Below are positions 30,227 through 39,870 of a stretch of 64,000 nt of DNA, one piece after another; the stretch's first letter is position 1, and each line of letters opens with the position of its first letter. The notes under the pieces were generated by a model, which saw only the letters and a program-made list of their open reading frames with translations, ran no database searches and was not told the origin of the DNA. The stretch is taken from the NCBI GenBank assembly GCA_965199855.1, contig OZ241326.1, positions 1,984,001 through 2,048,000 on the forward strand. Direction: 5' to 3'. Position numbers and translations under genes: made by a program. This DNA comes from a bacterium. Lineage in GTDB: Bacteria > UBA8248.

Positions 30227-31162
30227 ATGATTCCGCTTCCCGACATCAACCCACCCCTGATCAACGCCAGCGGCATCCTGAGCTACCCGGAAGTTTTCGC
30301 CGCCTTTGAGGAGGCGGGCGCAAGCCTCGGCGGCTACGTTACGAAATCCGTCGGTCCCCGGGAGAAGCCGGGCAACGAGAATCCGGTGGTCGTCTATCCC
30401 CCCGAAGGCGCGGTTCTCAACTCCCTGGCGCTTCCGACGCAGAGCCCCGGGGACTGGGAGCGCGACCTCGAGAAACTCGAGCTGAAAAACGCCAAACTCA
30501 TCGTCTCCATCTACGGCGGCGGCCCCGGGGAATTCGCCGGCGTCGCCTCCCGCATGTCGAGATTCGCCGACGCCATCGAAGTCAACCTGGGATGTCCCAA
30601 CAAGGAGCCGGGCGAGCGCGCGATTATGGAGAGCATCGGCCAGCACCCCGCCCTCTCGGCTCAAGTCATGGAGCGCGTGCGCGGAGAGACGGACAAGCCC
30701 GTCATCGCCAAGCTCTCGCCCAACAGCGACTACCTCGCGGTGGCGGATGCGTGCCTCGAGGCGGGCGCGGACGCTCTGGGCTGCGGAAATACCCTGGGGC
30801 CGGGGCTGGCGGTGGACATCGAGAGCCGGACGGCGATTCTGGCGGGCGTTACGGGCGGCGTCAGCGGCCCCGCGCTCAAGCCCATCAACCTGCGCATGAC
30901 TTACGAGGCCTACGCGCGGTTTTCTTGCCCCGTCGTCGCCTACGGCGGCATCGAAACCTGGGAGGACGCCGTCGAATACGTCCTGGCGGGCGCCTGCGTC
31001 CTCGGAATCGGCACCGCCTTCCTTCAAAAGAGCACGGAGGAGGCCGCTGCCCTCACCCGCGACATCTGGGAGGGCGTGCAAACGCGCCTCTCGGGCGACT
31101 CGATGTCCGCGCTCATCGGCGGCGCGCACCGCTCCGGGAACGGAGTCCGTCCCCATGCGTAG
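30227..31162 (+). CDS. pyrD: Dihydroorotate dehydrogenase class 1B catalytic subunit
   Basis: NASG, TKS, NLGCPN, KLSPN, GGVSGPALKP. Confidence 0.88.
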   Translation: MIPLPDINPPLINASGILSYPEVFAAFEEAGASLGGYVTKSVGPREKPGNENPVVVYPPEGAVLNSLALPTQSPGDWERDLEKLELKNAKLIVSIYGGGPGEFAGVASRMSRFADAIEVNLGCPNKEPGERAIMESIGQHPALSAQVMERVRGETDKPVIAKLSPNSDYLAVADACLEAGADALGCGNTLGPGLAVDIESRTAILAGVTGGVSGPALKPINLRMTYEAYARFSCPVVAYGGIETWEDAVEYVLAGACVLGIGTAFLQKSTEEAAALTRDIWEGVQTRLSGDSMSALIGGAHRSGNGVRPHA

Positions 31163-31880
31163 CGTGTTCCGGGTTCTGGAAAACCGCTGGGAGAGCGCAT
31201 GGACGCGCACGATTTTTTTCGATGGGGAGATTTCATCGCAGCCGGGCCAATTCCTGATGGTCTGGCTGCCTGGGTTCGGAGAAAAGCCATTCACGCTCTC
31301 CTATCCGAACGCCATCACCGTGAAGAAAGCCGGCGCGTTCACGGAGCGGCTGACCTTTCTCGAGACGGGAGACCGAATAGGGCTTCGGGGCCCCTTGGGC
31401 AGAGGCTATCCTCCGCTCGAAAGACCCGCCCTGATCGGCGGCGGCGTGGGGATTGCGGAACTGCGCCTGCTCGCCCTCGCCTCCGAATCGCCCTCCTTCG
31501 TTCTCGGCGGGCGGACGGCGGATGAAATTCTCTTCTACGAGGAATTTCGCGAACTCGGCCCCGTCCACGTCGCCACCGAGGACGGCAGTCTGGGGCGAAA
31601 GGGCCTCGTCACCGACCTTCTGCCCGTCAAGGCGGGCAGCTACGCCGTCTGCGGCCCGGAGCGAATGATGGCGGCGTGCCTGCCGAAGCTGCCCGAGGAG
31701 CGAACCTGGCTTGCGATTGAGAGATACATGAAGTGCGCCGTCGGCCTGTGCGGCCAGTGCACCTGTTCCGGCTGGCGCGTATGCACGGACGGCCCCGTGT
31801 TCCCCGCCTCCGACATCGCGCGCATGGCGGACTTCGGAAAGCGCAGGCGCTCCAAAAGCGGACGGTGGGAAGAAATATAG
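31155..31880 (+). CDS. pyrK: Dihydroorotate dehydrogenase electron-transfer subunit
   Basis: PGQFLM, RGPLGRG, CGP, MKCAVGLCGQC, CTDGPVF. Confidence 0.88.
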   Translation: MRSVFRVLENRWESAWTRTIFFDGEISSQPGQFLMVWLPGFGEKPFTLSYPNAITVKKAGAFTERLTFLETGDRIGLRGPLGRGYPPLERPALIGGGVGIAELRLLALASESPSFVLGGRTADEILFYEEFRELGPVHVATEDGSLGRKGLVTDLLPVKAGSYAVCGPERMMAACLPKLPEERTWLAIERYMKCAVGLCGQCTCSGWRVCTDGPVFPASDIARMADFGKRRRSKSGRWEEI

Positions 31881-31977
31881 ACGGGCGCATCTTTTCAAGA
31901 CGATCCGGCTTCGCCTATAATCGGGCGGCGCAAAGCCATTCTTCTCATCCGCGCGACCTCGTTCGGGAGGGCGGGCC

Positions 31978-32745
31978 ATTCGATTTCGCGTGCTGGGTTG
32001 CGCCGGCGGGAAAACGCCCGGTCGCGACCTGACCTCTTTTCTCATCAACGACTCGTTGCTGGTGGAGGGCGGCTCGGCCGCATCCGGCCTCGCCATTGAG
32101 GAGCAGGCCGCCCTTGCCGGCGTCGTCATATCCCACGCGCATCTGGATCATATCGCGGAGCTGCCCTACGTAGCCGAGAACATTTTCGGGCTGCGGGAAG
32201 ATTCCCTGCCCGTCATCGGCGCGGCGGACGTCCTGAACCAGGTGCGCGAGTCCATCTTCAACGACGCCGTCTGGCCGGATTTTTCAGCCATCCGTCAGGA
32301 GAACAAGCCCACGCCGATACTCGATTTCGTCACCATTGAGGAGAACGAAACCCAATCGCGCGGCGGCATCCGCATCACCCCCCGCGCGGTCGCCCACAAG
32401 ACGACCGCTTTCGGCTTCATTTTCGAGGACGCCGAAAGCGCGCTGCTCTACACCGGCGATACGGGGCCGACGAAAGCCATCTGGGAGAAAGGCCGAGAGG
32501 CGGAGAACTTGCGCGCGATCATCACCGAGGTGTCTTTTCCCGACAAGATGGAGGAGCTCGCGCGTCTCACCATGCACATGACGCCCGCCATTCTCCGGGC
32601 GGAGATGGAAAAAATGCCGCCCGATGTTCCCGTCTATCTCTATCACTTCAAGGCGCAGTGGCGCGAGGAGATCATTAGAGAAATCGAGGCGCTGAACGAG
32701 CCGAGAATCCAGGCGCTGGAGCAGGGCCGGACCTATGATTTATGA
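31978..32745 (+). CDS. Metallo-beta-lactamase-fold class II cyclic nucleotide phosphodiesterase-like protein
   Basis: RVLGCAGG, SHAHLDHI, IFNDAVWPDF, YTGDTGP, HMTP. Probable ATT start 7 nt after GGGAGG; GTG 31990 is the alternative. Confidence 0.82.
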   Translation: MRFRVLGCAGGKTPGRDLTSFLINDSLLVEGGSAASGLAIEEQAALAGVVISHAHLDHIAELPYVAENIFGLREDSLPVIGAADVLNQVRESIFNDAVWPDFSAIRQENKPTPILDFVTIEENETQSRGGIRITPRAVAHKTTAFGFIFEDAESALLYTGDTGPTKAIWEKGREAENLRAIITEVSFPDKMEELARLTMHMTPAILRAEMEKMPPDVPVYLYHFKAQWREEIIREIEALNEPRIQALEQGRTYDL

Positions 32746-32906
32746 TTCGTCGCCTCTGATGAACGACGCTCGCCGGGTTCCCCAGGAACGGCGAGGAGGC
32801 CAACGATTCAGAGGAGCGCGAGAAAACTCCCGGGTTAACCGTCCTGAAAAATTTCATCTTCTGGGACGCTTCTCTGAAAACCACGCAGGAACAAAGGAGA
32901 AACTCG

Positions 32907-33152
32907 TTGGAAGACATCAAGGCGCGAAGAGAACACAGCCGCTTGATGGCCGAAAGAATCAGCCGCATTCTGGCCGGAGACATTTCGGGCGTCGATGCGG
33001 ACATCCGCTACAGCTACCAGGACAGGAGTTTCCGGCTCTGGTGGGGAACGCGGGGAGACCCGGACACCACGGCCCACATCACATTCGAGCAAATCTCCAC
33101 GCTAAACGACGAGGAATTGCGTCAGGTCATCCGCTCATCCGTCATCGGCTAG
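32907..33152 (+). CDS. Small hypothetical protein (81 aa)
   Basis: AAGGAG RBS before TTG; globular-looking composition; no family recognised. Confidence 0.6.
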   Translation: MEDIKARREHSRLMAERISRILAGDISGVDADIRYSYQDRSFRLWWGTRGDPDTTAHITFEQISTLNDEELRQVIRSSVIG

Positions 33153-33318
33153 GAAGCGCGGCATCGGAACGGGGCCGTCAGGGATGTGGGCGCGACCGAC
33201 GTTTTTTCCGCAAGATTCCCCGTCGAGGCCGGCGCCCGCTCCTTAGCCATGCCCATCCGCCTCGCTTAACCGGGTTGATAAGATAACACTCCCAAGCGGT
33301 CGCCAGACTTTTCCGGGG

Positions 33319-34203
33319 TCAAGAAATGTTGGCCAGTTCCTTGTAAATCCGAAATATCGAGCTCCCATCCTCATGCTGCCTGCCCTTGCTCCTCTGAGCC
33401 ATGTAGAGGTGTTCCAGCAGGCCGCCGAGCGGCACGGGCACGTCGAGGTCCTTGGCGGACTCGATGGCGCATTCGAGGTCTTTCAGGACAATCCATATCG
33501 GGCCCGATTCGGGAAAATTGCCGGCCAGCATATCTTCGCCCCGAACATCGAGGACGTTCGATCCCGCGGCGCCCGAGCAAAGCGTCTCCAGCATGACGTC
33601 CGCCGAGATGCCCGCCTTCAGGCCGAGCGTGAGGCCCTCGCTCGCCCCCGCCATGTTGATGAACAGCACCAGGTTCACCACCAGCTTCAGCTGGGCGGCG
33701 AGCCCGTTCTGCTCGCTCACGAAAATCGTCTTTTTCCCGATGGCGTCGAAGGCGGGCTTCGCCTTCTCGAAAGCGGCCCTGGGGCCGGCCGACATCACAA
33801 CCAGGTCCTTCACGGCGGCCTGCTTGCCCACCCCGCTCACCGGACAATCGAGCCAGTGGACGCCCCGCTCGCCCGTCTTTTCCGCCATGGCCCTGGAAAA
33901 CTTCGGGGGAACCGTGCTCATGTCGGCGATGACGCCTCCGGAGGGCATCCCTTCCAGCGCGCCGCCTTCCCCCAGCACCGCCTCCTCCACGACCTTGTAG
34001 TTCGGGAGCGAAGTCATCACCAGGTCGGCGCCGCGCGCGGCGTCCGCAGGCGAGGAGGCGCGGCGCAGGCTTTTTCCCTTGAACTTCTCATACATCGCGT
34101 CGATCGGATCGTAGCCCGCCACCTCCATTCCGGCGTCCAGCATGTGGCCCGAAAACGCCCCGCCCATGACGCCCAGACCCACCACTCCCACTTTCATGCT
34201 CAC
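33319..34203 (-). CDS. NAD(P)-dependent beta-hydroxyacid dehydrogenase (HIBADH/GarR family)
   Basis: VGLGVMG, DMSTV, DCPVSG, KLVVN, KDL. Confidence 0.88.
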   Translation of the reverse strand: MSMKVGVVGLGVMGGAFSGHMLDAGMEVAGYDPIDAMYEKFKGKSLRRASSPADAARGADLVMTSLPNYKVVEEAVLGEGGALEGMPSGGVIADMSTVPPKFSRAMAEKTGERGVHWLDCPVSGVGKQAAVKDLVVMSAGPRAAFEKAKPAFDAIGKKTIFVSEQNGLAAQLKLVVNLVLFINMAGASEGLTLGLKAGISADVMLETLCSGAAGSNVLDVRGEDMLAGNFPESGPIWIVLKDLECAIESAKDLDVPVPLGGLLEHLYMAQRSKGRQHEDGSSIFRIYKELANIS

Positions 34204-34511
34204 GTCTCAGGCTCCTTTTGAATGCGGCGGCGAGAGAGAGAGAAAGCATCCCTCCCCGGCCAATATCACAAACAAACGCGCCCTCGCATACCCGGCGAAG
34301 CGCCATCCTCACGCGCCGCCCAAGCGCGCTCCTGTCCGAAAAGCCTCTCAGGGGGTCGGAAGCGGCGCAACGTTCAGCGTGTTCCGCCCTTCGCCGAATC
34401 AATAATTCTTCCGAGCGTCCATTTTCCCTCGAAACAACCCGCCCGGCGTTTCTCAGCGCCCGAAAGTTGCGCTACTATCCCGGCGTCACGCGAACGGAGG
34501 AGGAAATCGCC

Positions 34512-35117
34512 GTGCCCAGACCTGAAGCGTCATCCTTTGAAGGAATCCAGCATGTCGCCGTCAAGGTTTCCAACCTCGATGAATCGCTCAGGTTCTACAC
34601 CGAAATTCTCGGCTTCACCCTCACGGAACGCCACGACCCCGGCGAGCATCCCGGCCTCGCCGTAGGTCTCTGCTTCCTGCGGTGCGGCGCGCTTCATCAC
34701 GATTTGAACCTAGTATATCACATGGGCGAGCAACCCGCGCTCGCGCGCCTCAAGACCGGGGATCAGGGCCCCGTCAGGGATTTGGGGCTGCACCATTTTG
34801 CGCTTCGGGTGAAGGATCGGGCGGCGTTTCTCGCCTGGCAGGAATGGCTCGGCGAGTGCGGCGTCGAATTCGTGCGCGGCCCCCTCGTGCACAGTCCCAC
34901 CCATCCGGAGGGCGACGGCACCTGGAGAGAAAACCGCGCCATGTATTTCTGCGACCCCGACGGCCACCGCATCGAGATATTCTGCGACCTTGCCGAGATG
35001 GACGAGGCCAACGGCGTCGAAGCGGGATGGTATGAGAACCGCCTTCGCCGGGAGGGAATCGACCCCGCCTCCCATCCTCCGGTCGGCCCCCACCCGACGG
35101 GACGCCTCGCCGGCTGA
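34512..35117 (+). CDS. VOC/glyoxalase-family protein (extradiol dioxygenase-like)
   Basis: HVAVKV..L..SLRFYTEILG, HHDL, LHHFAL, YFCDPDGHRIE. GTG with GAGGAGG RBS. Confidence 0.82.
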   Translation: MPRPEASSFEGIQHVAVKVSNLDESLRFYTEILGFTLTERHDPGEHPGLAVGLCFLRCGALHHDLNLVYHMGEQPALARLKTGDQGPVRDLGLHHFALRVKDRAAFLAWQEWLGECGVEFVRGPLVHSPTHPEGDGTWRENRAMYFCDPDGHRIEIFCDLAEMDEANGVEAGWYENRLRREGIDPASHPPVGPHPTGRLAG

Positions 35118-35156
35118 GCGGCCGCGCGGCGCGCGCGCTTTCATGGACGCGACGAC

Positions 35157-36920
35157 TTGAGCTGGAAAAGTTTTCGCATACGGCTCCTCGGCTGGCTGCT
35201 ACACTTCGACTTCTCCGATGACGGCATCTTCTATTTCACCACCATCATCGTGGGGGCGATCGCCGGCCTCGTCGCCGTCCTCTTTCACCTCGCCCTTGGC
35301 TGGACGCATCTGCTCCTTTTCGGCTCGCACGATCTTTCCGCGATTCACCGGTCCTGGCATTTGGTGGTGCTGATTCCCGCCGGGGGCGCCTTTCTCTCCG
35401 GCCTCTTCCTTCAATACCTCGCGCCCGAGGCGCGGGGCAGCGGCATTCCCCAGACGAAGATCGCCTACGTCGCGCGCAACGGCCACATCGAGAAGCGCGT
35501 GTGGATGGGAAAATTTCTCATCGGAGCGCTCAACATCGGCTCGGGGTCGAGCCTGGGGCGCGAAGGCCCCACCGTGCAGATTTGCGCGGGCGCGGCGAGC
35601 TGGATCGGCGAGACGTTCTCTCTTAAGAGGCAGCGCGTGCAGGCGCTCGTCCCCGTGGGCTGCGCCGCCGCCCTGGCCGCCGCGTTCAACACGCCGATAG
35701 CGGCCGTCACCTTCACGCTCGAGGAACTGGTGGGCGATCTGAACGCGCGGGTGCTCGGCTCCATCGTGTTCGCGGCGGTCTCCGCCTCCGTCGTCTCGCG
35801 CGCCATCCTCGGCAACGAGCCCGTGTTCTCCGTGCCGGCTTACTCGCTGAACAGCCCGGCGGAGCTGCTGCTCTACGCCGTGGTGGGCGTGGTCTGCGCG
35901 CTCACCGGCGTGGCGTTCATCAAGGGACTGCTTTTCACGCGGGCGCGCTGGAAGCGCCTGCGGGGATTTCGGTCGGTTCTCGTCACGGGGCTGGGCGGTC
36001 TGGCGGTCGGAATCATCGGCATCCGGTTTCCCGAAGTTTTCGCGGTGGGCTATCCCGCCGTGAGCAAGGCGCTCACGAACAGCTACGCCCTGCCCCTTCT
36101 CCTCGCCCTGCTGCTGCTCAAGCTCGCCGCCACCATGATCTCCTACGGCACCGGCTCCTCGGGCGGCATCTTCGCGCCCACCCTGTTCCTGGGCGCGATG
36201 GCCGGAGGCGCGGTGGCCTCTCTGGCCGAGATCGCCTTCCCCGGCTTCGCGGCGCATCCGGGGGGATACGCGCTCGTCGGCATGGGCGCGGCGTTCGCGG
36301 CCATCATCCGCGCGCCCATGACCTCGGTGCTCATCATCTTCGAGCTCACGCAGGACTACAACATCATCCTTGCGCTCATGGCGGCCAACGCCATCTCCCT
36401 GGGGCTGGCGAAATACCTGCACCCCGAGCCGATCTACAGCGCGCTCTCCTCGCAGGACGGCGTCGCTCTGCCCGACTACGAGACCGAACACCTCCTGCAC
36501 GAGATTCACGTATCCGACGCCATGACAGGGGAGGTCGTCGCCCTTCCTGCGGACATCACGATAGCGGAGGCGATAGAGCGAACGAGGGGGAGCGAAATAT
36601 CGGGCTTTCCCGTCCTCGACGCGCGCGGAAAGCTCTGCGGCATGGCGAGCAACTACGACTTCTGCCAGGCGCAGGCCGCAGACATCTTGGGTGAGAGCGT
36701 CATGAGGATTGCGAAGAAGAAATACATCATGCACGCTCACCCTGACCAATCGCTCGATTCGGTGATGGCGAAGCTGGGCGACAGGCGCATCTCGCGGCTG
36801 CCCGTCGTGAGCCGGGAAGACCCGACCGAACTGCTGGGCATCATCACCGCTCAGGACGTCATCCACGCCTTCGGCAAGGTATGGCGCGAGCAGGAGCACC
36901 ACCGGCACGATTCCGGCTAG
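35157..36920 (+). CDS. ClC H+/Cl- antiporter with two CBS domains
   Basis: GSGIP, GREGPT (gating Glu), FTLEE, GIFAP; C-terminal CBS pair. Confidence 0.92.
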   Translation: MSWKSFRIRLLGWLLHFDFSDDGIFYFTTIIVGAIAGLVAVLFHLALGWTHLLLFGSHDLSAIHRSWHLVVLIPAGGAFLSGLFLQYLAPEARGSGIPQTKIAYVARNGHIEKRVWMGKFLIGALNIGSGSSLGREGPTVQICAGAASWIGETFSLKRQRVQALVPVGCAAALAAAFNTPIAAVTFTLEELVGDLNARVLGSIVFAAVSASVVSRAILGNEPVFSVPAYSLNSPAELLLYAVVGVVCALTGVAFIKGLLFTRARWKRLRGFRSVLVTGLGGLAVGIIGIRFPEVFAVGYPAVSKALTNSYALPLLLALLLLKLAATMISYGTGSSGGIFAPTLFLGAMAGGAVASLAEIAFPGFAAHPGGYALVGMGAAFAAIIRAPMTSVLIIFELTQDYNIILALMAANAISLGLAKYLHPEPIYSALSSQDGVALPDYETEHLLHEIHVSDAMTGEVVALPADITIAEAIERTRGSEISGFPVLDARGKLCGMASNYDFCQAQAADILGESVMRIAKKKYIMHAHPDQSLDSVMAKLGDRRISRLPVVSREDPTELLGIITAQDVIHAFGKVWREQEHHRHDSG

Positions 36921-37075
36921 GGGCGCCGTTCTTCCGGAGCCTGCCGGACAAGGCGTAGCGGCTTTCGGTTTCCCAAGGGCGCGGGGATGAAGAGAAAGGC
37001 CAGGAGGCTCGCGCCCGGGCGAGCCCGCGCGCCAAAAGGGCGCGAAACCGGAAAGAGGAGGCCGGAACCACTCCG

Positions 37076-37762
37076 ATGAACGCGCGAAACCCGGCCTCCC
37101 TGCCCCCGAACGGCCAGCCTCTCTGGCTCAAAAAAATTTTTCGGGCGGGCTTTCGGCTCGCCTACGGCGGCGTTGAGGTTCATGGAATGAGCGGCGTGCC
37201 GGCCGAGGGGCCCCTGATCGTCGCCTCGAACCACCGCAGCTACCTCGACCCCGTCATCCTCGCCTCCTTCCTGCCGAGGCGTGTGTATCACATGGCGAAG
37301 CGCGAACTCTTCGCCAACCCTCTGTTCGCCAGGCTCATCACCTTCTTCGGCGCCTTCCCGGTGGACAGGGAAACCGCGCGCGCCAGCACCTTCCGCGCGG
37401 CGCTCCGCCTTTTGAGGCTCGACGGAGCGGTGGTGATATTCCCGGAAGGCGGCATCGTGAACTCCACCGCCGGGGCGGAGCTGAAGGAAGGCGTCGGGAT
37501 GCTCGCCTCCATGAGCCGCGCCCCCGTGCTTCCGGTCTACGTCGCGGGGTCGAACTCGCTGATCAGCCCGAGGGGAATCCTGAACCCGTGGCTCGTCATC
37601 CGGGCGGGCGAGGTGATTCCGCCGGCGGAGAGGGGCGGAAGGGAAGCCCGTCAAAAGCTGGCGCAGAGCGTCGCCTGCGCGCTCGAGAAACTGGAGAGGG
37701 ATTTCCTAGCCGCGCAAAAAGAGAAGAAAGAAGCGAGAGGGCGCAAGAGCCGGGACGCCTGA
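37076..37762 (+). CDS. plsC: 1-acyl-sn-glycerol-3-phosphate acyltransferase
   Basis: SNHRSYLD, AKRELF, FPVDR, FPEG. Confidence 0.85.
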   Translation: MNARNPASLPPNGQPLWLKKIFRAGFRLAYGGVEVHGMSGVPAEGPLIVASNHRSYLDPVILASFLPRRVYHMAKRELFANPLFARLITFFGAFPVDRETARASTFRAALRLLRLDGAVVIFPEGGIVNSTAGAELKEGVGMLASMSRAPVLPVYVAGSNSLISPRGILNPWLVIRAGEVIPPAERGGREARQKLAQSVACALEKLERDFLAAQKEKKEARGRKSRDA

Positions 37763-37844
37763 GATTTTCCGCCCCCGGGGACTCTCCCATATCGCCCCGG
37801 ATGAAAACGGACGCGCGCGCCGCTCTCACCGCCCGGGTGAAAAG

Positions 37845-37891
37845 CGCGAAAAAACGAGCCGCCCGCCCGCAAGGAAGCGGACGGGCGGCTC
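37845..37891 (-). terminator. Intrinsic terminator of the porin gene
   Basis: GAGCCGCCCG/CGGGCGGCTC stem followed on the minus strand by GTTTTTT. Confidence 0.75.
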
Positions 37892-37910
37892 CGTGAAGCC
37901 GTCCTTTAAC

Positions 37911-39203
37911 CTAGAAGCTATACTGAATGCCCAGCTGGGCGCGGGTGGCCTCGCCCTCCTGGTCGTCGTTGGTCTCGCGCCAGCCCTTGATGAGCTCCAG
38001 GCCGACCCGCAATTTGGGAGCGGGAGACCACCAGAAGTTGGCGTGGAGCGTCCGGAGCTCCGCATGATCGCCCGCGAACATCTTCTTGGCGCTTTCGTCG
38101 TAGTCGTGCTCGACCCAGCCGTAGTAGAGGCCCGACCCCACGCTGGCGCTCCACTTGTGCGTGAGTCCGAAAAATCCGCCCACCGAACCCACGGCCGTCA
38201 ACTCGTCCTCGTCGTCCAGCGTGGCGGCGGGTCCCCCGCCGATCAGATACCCCGCCAGCCCGCCTTTGCCGATGTTGAAGGTCGCCAGCAACTTGGTGGA
38301 GTCGAGCAGTTTGACGTGCCCGCCGACGTGCAGGCCGTAAATGGACAGATTGTCCTCGGCATCGCCCTCGTTGTAGCGGACTTCTCCCAACATGCCGCTC
38401 ACGTTGACGGCGCCCCAGGAGGGCCGAAAGCGCAGGGCCGCCAGAAAGTTCGGCAGGCGGTCCTGAGAGGACGCATTCTCCTCGCTTTTCCGGATCGTCG
38501 GGCCTCCCGGATCTTCAATCGCGACCTGACCGGTGACGCTCTTCCCCATCGACCAGGTGTAGCGCAGTTGTGACCGTCGGGAGGAGACCACGCCCACCGG
38601 CCCCCCGAAATCGACCGTGTCGGCGTAGGTGTCCTCATCCTGGAAAATCGACCAGTTTCGGCCGGCGAGCACGGGGCCCAGCGAGCCGTAGGCGTGGCGC
38701 AGGCGAAAAGGAGCGCCGCTGTTGTAGTAGAAATCGCCCTCTATCCGGGTTTTCAGGTCGCCCGCGTCCGTCTTCGTCAGGCTGTCGAAGCGAATGCGGG
38801 ACTGCCTGGCGTGAAAGGAGGTTTTCGGCCGATCATCCACGCCTTTCAGCGGAAAATCGCTGTACGCCTCAAAGGAATCGCCCAAATCCGTGTTGAAGTC
38901 GTGGATCGCGTCGAACTTCACGTAGCCGCTGAAGGAGACCGACGTGTTGGTGCCCGGCATTTTCCAGGAACCCGGAAAATCGCCAGTCGCCAGCGCCTTC
39001 TTCGAGTCCTCCGCCAGCTTCTTCTGCGCGGCGTCCATCTTCTTTTCATTGGCTTCCAGCTGCTCGATCCGCTTCATGAGCTTCTGGACCTGCTTCTTCA
39101 GGTCGTCGATTTCGCTCGCCCCGGCCGGCGCCGCGCAAATCGCCAGCGCCGCCGCCAGGCCCAGGATCGCGGCTCCGACGCGACCTTTCCGGCTTCTCTT
39201 CAT
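37911..39203 (-). CDS. DcaP-like trimeric outer-membrane porin with N-terminal coiled coil
   Basis: Signal peptide, EIDDLKKQVQKLMKRIEQLE coil, SGYVKFD, ARQSR, IEGDF, RLRHAYG, terminal YSF. Confidence 0.88.
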   Translation of the reverse strand: MKRSRKGRVGAAILGLAAALAICAAPAGASEIDDLKKQVQKLMKRIEQLEANEKKMDAAQKKLAEDSKKALATGDFPGSWKMPGTNTSVSFSGYVKFDAIHDFNTDLGDSFEAYSDFPLKGVDDRPKTSFHARQSRIRFDSLTKTDAGDLKTRIEGDFYYNSGAPFRLRHAYGSLGPVLAGRNWSIFQDEDTYADTVDFGGPVGVVSSRRSQLRYTWSMGKSVTGQVAIEDPGGPTIRKSEENASSQDRLPNFLAALRFRPSWGAVNVSGMLGEVRYNEGDAEDNLSIYGLHVGGHVKLLDSTKLLATFNIGKGGLAGYLIGGGPAATLDDEDELTAVGSVGGFFGLTHKWSASVGSGLYYGWVEHDYDESAKKMFAGDHAELRTLHANFWWSPAPKLRVGLELIKGWRETNDDQEGEATRAQLGIQYSF

Positions 39204-39870
39204 CCTCTCTACCCCCCTCGTGAGAAAATCGAATACAGCGGACGGACATCGAATCCGGGAAAACCTATCACAAGCCGAAGAAGCGCGCAAGGACGGCGGC
39301 CATTCCCGCAGGAAGAGGAGACGGCCCGCCCCGGACGACGGGCTTGACGGAACGCTCCATTACCCCCCTGTCGCGCAGTGAACCCCGCTGATGGGCATGG
39401 TTCAGGGAGCGCGGAACTTGATTTTGACGAACTCGGCCGCCCGAAGCGCGTTCAGAAACGGCAACGCGATCGCCGCCGCGCCGAGTCCCATAGCTCCCGC
39501 CTTATTCATTCGTCCCCCCCCGCCCCCGGCGAGAAAATCTTTTCCGCGCCGGCCGGCTGCCTCTTCTTCATTTTCCCGCTCTCCCCCGTCCGGGAGGCCG
39601 GACGGCGCGGCCCTGAAAAGTGAAGCGCGAAAATCATTCCTGACGAGGCTGGAATATAAGAGGCGTTCATTACCGGCGTCTTGCGATTCGGTTAAATTGC
39701 CGCTTCGGTTTCGTTTCCTTCAAGTTTCGGGAATTCCCCGTCCCATGAGCGTTTTGCGCGAGGGCAGCCTCTCGCTCCCGGGAAGCGGCGGAGTGAAGAT
39801 GTCCCGCGCGCGCCCTCGGCGAAGACGCTTCCGTGCCCTCCCTGAGCCGGCGGTTCGCGCGCCGGGCGCC

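Noticed and set aside
32756-32830. Hammerhead ribozyme (CTGATGA ... GAAA)
   Set aside because: No stem II closes directly between CTGATGA and GAAA, and no matching stems I and III were found.
39320-39415. 6S RNA, SRP RNA or a known riboswitch (ZTP, Moco, c-di-AMP)
   Set aside because: The diagnostic conserved motifs are absent; kept only as an unknown candidate.
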